A stretch of DNA of 64,000 nt, taken from Candidatus Kapaibacterium sp. Lineage in GTDB: Bacteria > Bacteroidota > Ignavibacteria > Kapaibacteriales > UBA2268. Shown here piece after piece: positions 60,416-64,000 of this stretch. The notes under the pieces are model-generated. The model ran no database searches. It saw nothing but the letters and a program-made list of their open reading frames with translations, and was not told where the DNA came from. Within the stretch, counting starts at the first letter, position 1. Each line of letters begins with the position of its first letter. Position numbers and translations under genes: made by a program. The stretch is taken from contig CALKJQ010000035.1 of assembly GCA_937995785.1 (NCBI GenBank), forward strand, positions 133 through 64,132, given 5' to 3'.

Positions 60416-61186
60416 TTAACTTTTTTTCGATACGATGGTTGCAGTTGCTTGGGCAGTTGGGGTTACAAATATTTCTTGTATCTGCACATGCATCGGTCTT
60501 GTTGCGGCAAATACAGCAATTTCGGCAATATCATCACCCGTAAGAGGCTGATAGCCTTTGTAAACCATACTTGCTCGTTCTTTATCGCCATGGAAACGAA
60601 TTTCCGAAAATTCTGTTTCCACTAATCCCGGATCGATATTGGTAACTCTCACATTTGTTCCGTTCAAATCGATTATCATACCTTTGGATACAGCCCGAAC
60701 GAACGATTTGGTGCCACAATACACATTGCCTGCGGGATAGACTTCGTGCCCAGCTAAACTTCCGATATTAATCACAAAACCTTCGTTTCGGGCAACCATA
60801 TCGGGCAGAATAAGCCGCGAACAATACAGTAAGCCTTTAATGTTTGTATCAATCATTTCTTCCCAATCAGCTAAATCGGCTTCGTAAATTTTACTCAACC
60901 CTAATGCTTTACCCGCATTGTTAATTAGTATGTCAATTTTTTTCCATTCCTCGGGAAGATTATCGATAAAATCTTTGATTTCTTGGAAATTCCGCACATC
61001 TACTGTTGATGTGTGAACTTTGACGGAGTGTTTTTTTCGTATATCATCGGCAACTTGATTCAATTTATCGCGGCGGCGTGCTAATAAAATTAAATTCGAG
61101 CCTTGCTCTGCAAATTTTAGTGCACAGGATAAACCAATCCCCGCTGATGCACCGGTAATAAAAGTTGTTTTGTTTAATAATTTCAT
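60416..61186 (-). CDS. SDR family NAD(P)-dependent oxidoreductase (YdfG/serine-3-dehydrogenase-like)
   Basis: TGASAGIG cofactor motif, NNAG, catalytic YxxxK (YCGTK). Confidence 0.8.
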   Translation of the reverse strand: MKLLNKTTFITGASAGIGLSCALKFAEQGSNLILLARRRDKLNQVADDIRKKHSVKVHTSTVDVRNFQEIKDFIDNLPEEWKKIDILINNAGKALGLSKIYEADLADWEEMIDTNIKGLLYCSRLILPDMVARNEGFVINIGSLAGHEVYPAGNVYCGTKSFVRAVSKGMIIDLNGTNVRVTNIDPGLVETEFSEIRFHGDKERASMVYKGYQPLTGDDIAEIAVFAATRPMHVQIQEIFVTPTAQATATIVSKKS

Positions 61187-62064
61187 TATAATCTCTTAAT
61201 TTTATATTTGTTTTTATTTTTCTCTAAATATTTAATAATACTATTTTCCCCAACTAAATGGGCAGCACCTATCACAATAAAATATTGTTTGCGATTTTTT
61301 AATAATTTTTTAATGGACAATGCCATTGATTCGTTTCTTCTGAATAAAATTTCGTGGAATACTTTCAGATATTCTTGGCTTGCTTCGTTTTTGTTGGAAA
61401 TTTCGTTAATTAACTCATTTATCTTTTGATCGTTACCCTCAATCCAATTGTTAATTAAATTATTCAGATATTCCTCTGTTTCTTCATTATTATCCAATCT
61501 TTCTATAATTTCATCGGCACAGCAATCAAATTTTTCGAGTAAACCAAGTTGGAAATCTATTTCTTCGATTCCAATGATTTCTTTGTTTAGTTCATTAGCT
61601 TTTCGATTAAAGTAAAGATCAACTCCGTCTTTAGAATTGATATTGCCTTGTTGCATTTCCGTTCGTTGCAAACTGAAAGCAATAAACCAAGGGCGAATTC
61701 GCTGAATCATTGATTCGCTTAATCCCAGTTTGCCCAATTTGCTGACTAATTTTTGATAGTTTTCGGGTTTTAATTTGTACTTTAAATCAATTGTATCGGT
61801 CGCAAACATCCTATTTATAAAGGTAAATTGCGATACAGAGTTCATATCAACTTCGGTAACCAATACGTCTGAGTTAGCAAATGCATCCTCGATGTATTTC
61901 TCGAAAGGATACCATTCGGGTTTTCCAAAATGAATAGACCCAAAAATATATGCCTTCGAGGAATCAGTGGAAATTTCGTAGAAGAAGTATTTGGCTTGTA
62001 AATCCCATTTAAACAAAAAGAATAGAATTAACAAGAAGAGAATATTTGATATTATTCGTTTCAT
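61186..62064 (-). CDS. TraB/GumN family protein
   Basis: Signal peptide. Motifs resembling COG3735 TraB/GumN: GSIHFGK, LVTEVD, VIGAAHLVGENSII. Confidence 0.65.
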   Translation of the reverse strand: MKRIISNILFLLILFFLFKWDLQAKYFFYEISTDSSKAYIFGSIHFGKPEWYPFEKYIEDAFANSDVLVTEVDMNSVSQFTFINRMFATDTIDLKYKLKPENYQKLVSKLGKLGLSESMIQRIRPWFIAFSLQRTEMQQGNINSKDGVDLYFNRKANELNKEIIGIEEIDFQLGLLEKFDCCADEIIERLDNNEETEEYLNNLINNWIEGNDQKINELINEISNKNEASQEYLKVFHEILFRRNESMALSIKKLLKNRKQYFIVIGAAHLVGENSIIKYLEKNKNKYKIKRL

Positions 62065-62170
62065 TTCGTTGTTTTTACTACAAAATTATTAAAAAAAGAA
62101 TAGAAATAGTAAAATCAAATTTAGACTTAAGAATTTCGTTTTTAATATTCTATTTATTAACGAATTTTAA

Positions 62171-63565
62171 ATGAGCAAAGAAATAACAAACCAAAAGAAT
62201 GATTTAGAAAACCACCTAACCCCCCATCAAATTGTTAATGAGTTAGACAAATATATCATTGGCCAGAATGCAGCAAAAAAATCTGTTGCCATAGCGCTCC
62301 GCAACCGATGGAGGAGGCAGAAAGTGGACGATCCGATCCGAGAAGAAATAATGCCCAACAATATAATAATGATTGGTCCTACCGGTGTGGGTAAAACCGA
62401 GATTGCTCGTAGGTTGGCATCCATCGCTCAAGCTCCTTTTGTAAAAGTGGAGGCAACCAAGTTCACCGAAGTAGGGTACGTCGGGCGTGATGTGGAGTCG
62501 ATGATACGCGAACTTGTTGAGCGGTCTGTTCAAGTTGTTAAAGAAGAATATCGAAAGCGAAATGAAATAAAAGCCAAACAAGCTGCCGAAGATAGGTTAT
62601 TGGAAATATTAGTGCCGTCTTCGTCGTCCGAGGCTTCATTTTTTAATCAAAACGTCGATAAACAATCCGAAGAACTCCAAGATACCAGAGAAAAAATCCG
62701 ACAACTACTCAAGAAAGGCAAGATGAACGACCGCGAGATCGAAATTGACGTTACTGTTGATTCTTCCTCATCAATGCAAATTTTAGGTCCTTTTGGTATG
62801 GACGAAATGGGAATGAATATCCAAGATATTATGAGTAGCTTAATGCCCAAGAAGACCAAGAAAAGAAAGGTGAAAGTTGCCGAAGCATTGAAAATTCTCG
62901 AAAAGGACGAAGTGGACAAACTTATTGATATGGATGCTGTCGTAACAGAGGCTATCAAAAGGGCTGAAAATGCAGGGATTGTTTTCATCGATGAAATCGA
63001 CAAAATTGTATCCAATTCGTCGAATCGGGGGTCGGGTCCCGATGTATCTCGCGAGGGAGTTCAACGAGATCTATTGCCAATAGTGGAAGGTTCTACAGTA
63101 AATACAAAGTATGGGACTATTCGTACCGATCATATTTTGTTTATTGCAAGTGGAGCATTTCATGTTTCGAAACCATCAGATTTAATACCCGAGCTACAAG
63201 GTCGGTTTCCCATTAGAGTGGAATTGCAAAGTTTGACCGAAGAAGATTTTGTAAAAATTCTAACTATTCCCGAAAATGCCTTGATAAAACAGTATCAAGC
63301 TCTGCTTGCAAGCGAAAACATTGAATTGAAATTCTCCGATGATGCAATAAGAGAAATTGCATCGATATCGGCTACAATTAATAGCGAAGTTACAAATATT
63401 GGAGCGCGTAGATTGCACACAATTATGACATCATTACTCGAAGAAATAATGTTCGACGTTCCCGAAATCATAACTGACAATAAAATAGAAATAAACGCCG
63501 AATTTGTGAAATCGAAGCTTTCGAATATTACAAAAAATATTGATGTTTCTAAGTTTATCCTTTAA
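62171..63565 (+). CDS. hslU: ATP-dependent protease ATPase subunit HslU
   Basis: Begins [34 protein letters not shown]. Walker [17 protein letters not shown]-domain. C-terminal sensor region. Confidence 0.9.
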   Translation: MSKEITNQKNDLENHLTPHQIVNELDKYIIGQNAAKKSVAIALRNRWRRQKVDDPIREEIMPNNIIMIGPTGVGKTEIARRLASIAQAPFVKVEATKFTEVGYVGRDVESMIRELVERSVQVVKEEYRKRNEIKAKQAAEDRLLEILVPSSSSEASFFNQNVDKQSEELQDTREKIRQLLKKGKMNDREIEIDVTVDSSSSMQILGPFGMDEMGMNIQDIMSSLMPKKTKKRKVKVAEALKILEKDEVDKLIDMDAVVTEAIKRAENAGIVFIDEIDKIVSNSSNRGSGPDVSREGVQRDLLPIVEGSTVNTKYGTIRTDHILFIASGAFHVSKPSDLIPELQGRFPIRVELQSLTEEDFVKILTIPENALIKQYQALLASENIELKFSDDAIREIASISATINSEVTNIGARRLHTIMTSLLEEIMFDVPEIITDNKIEINAEFVKSKLSNITKNIDVSKFIL

Positions 63566-63964
63566 TTAGGACAAAACTGATACAAAATAGGATACCAAAC
63601 TCGAAAAATCAGATTGGGATTGATACAATAAATAAATACCAAAAACAATAATTGCTATTATACCAATACCAACCAGGTATACTTTTTGAAATCTTATATC
63701 AAACACAACAGAAGTTGCCTTGAGAACCCGAAAAATAGACAAAATAAAGATTAATATCGAAAATAAAATGATTATGTTGAATATTACAGAATCGATTTGA
63801 AGCAACTTGAACAAAATCAAATCGAAAGGCAACAAAAATACTATAGGCAAACTTCCCCAAATGGTTATATTCATTACATCGAAATAACTTACCCTTCTAT
63901 GTGTTAAATAAGCAAAAAACCTAATAATTATTGCCACGAGATAAATTAACAGCAAGAAAAGCAA
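63566..63964 (-). CDS. Hypothetical multi-TM membrane protein (may extend upstream beyond the window edge)
   Basis: Highly hydrophobic 132-aa ORF. The first listed codon is TTG, and the frame continues open to the window end. Confidence 0.3.
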   Translation of the reverse strand: MLFLLLIYLVAIIIRFFAYLTHRRVSYFDVMNITIWGSLPIVFLLPFDLILFKLLQIDSVIFNIIILFSILIFILSIFRVLKATSVVFDIRFQKVYLVGIGIIAIIVFGIYLLYQSQSDFSSLVSYFVSVLS

Positions 63965-64000
63965 TGCGAAAACGACTACTCCTGCTAATGGTATCCAGAT

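Noticed and set aside
1-64000. CRISPR arrays, IS elements, prophage or toxin-antitoxin modules
   Set aside because: No regularly spaced direct repeats, no transposase or integrase-like ORFs other than xerD, and no phage structural genes were visible by eye. A computational repeat scan would be needed to exclude short arrays.

Overview
This 64-kb window reads as core chromosome from an AT-rich bacterium of the Bacteroidetes/Ignavibacteria-like (FCB) group, not a mobile island. The lineage call rests on three things seen in the sequence: TAnnTTTG -7 promoter motifs, a T9SS C-terminal sorting domain, and carboxypeptidase-regulatory-domain TonB receptors paired with DUF4249-like lipoproteins. Coding density is high on both strands. 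The window carries three tRNAs (Thr-CGT, Arg-ACG, Leu-GAG), several clean bidirectional rho-independent terminators, and no CRISPR array, IS element or phage block that I can support.

Gene content, in order:
- a carbamoyl-phosphate cluster: ornithine carbamoyltransferase, carbamate kinase, an aspartate-carbamoyltransferase paralog, ornithine aminotransferase and a COG2403-like P-loop protein
- UvrD/PcrA helicase, LeuCD preceded by a D-2-hydroxyacid dehydrogenase, HflX, PspA with a YbjN-like partner, YbaB-RecR
- the glycine-cleavage P-protein alpha subunit (GcvPA), fructose-1,6-bisphosphatase, ribosomal protein S20
- two TonB-dependent receptor systems, MurD-FtsW, SecA
- a chemotaxis operon: sigma-54 activator, HEAT-repeat protein, CheR, two CheY, a CheZ-like phosphatase, CheA
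- XerD, a vWA membrane protein, a tandem pair of UmuD-like S24 peptidases, a secreted PPAD/agmatine-deiminase-family enzyme with a T9SS sorting domain
- H+-pyrophosphatase, FtsQ-FtsA-FtsZ, HslU.

The most interesting observations are:
- The two UmuD-like genes show complementary degeneration. The upstream copy keeps an Ala-Gly cleavage site but has Ser to Ala and Lys to Arg at the catalytic dyad positions; the downstream copy keeps the dyad but has no obvious cleavage site. A TTGCA-N10-TGCAA palindrome sits upstream, and there is no umuC nearby.
- The PPAD-like enzyme has a Porphyromonas-type domain architecture and a T9SS sorting signal.
- Two carbamoyltransferase paralogs are arranged around a single carbamate kinase.
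- A G-depleted, roughly 230-nt tract carrying a Fur-box-like element and a perfect 14-bp palindrome lies downstream of the tRNA-Arg/Leu pair and upstream of a lipoprotein/TonB-receptor operon.
- An exact 16-bp direct repeat brackets the last 13 sense codons and stop of cheA (repeat copy 1 lies inside the coding sequence).

All functional calls come from motif recognition in the translated ORFs. No database search was run.
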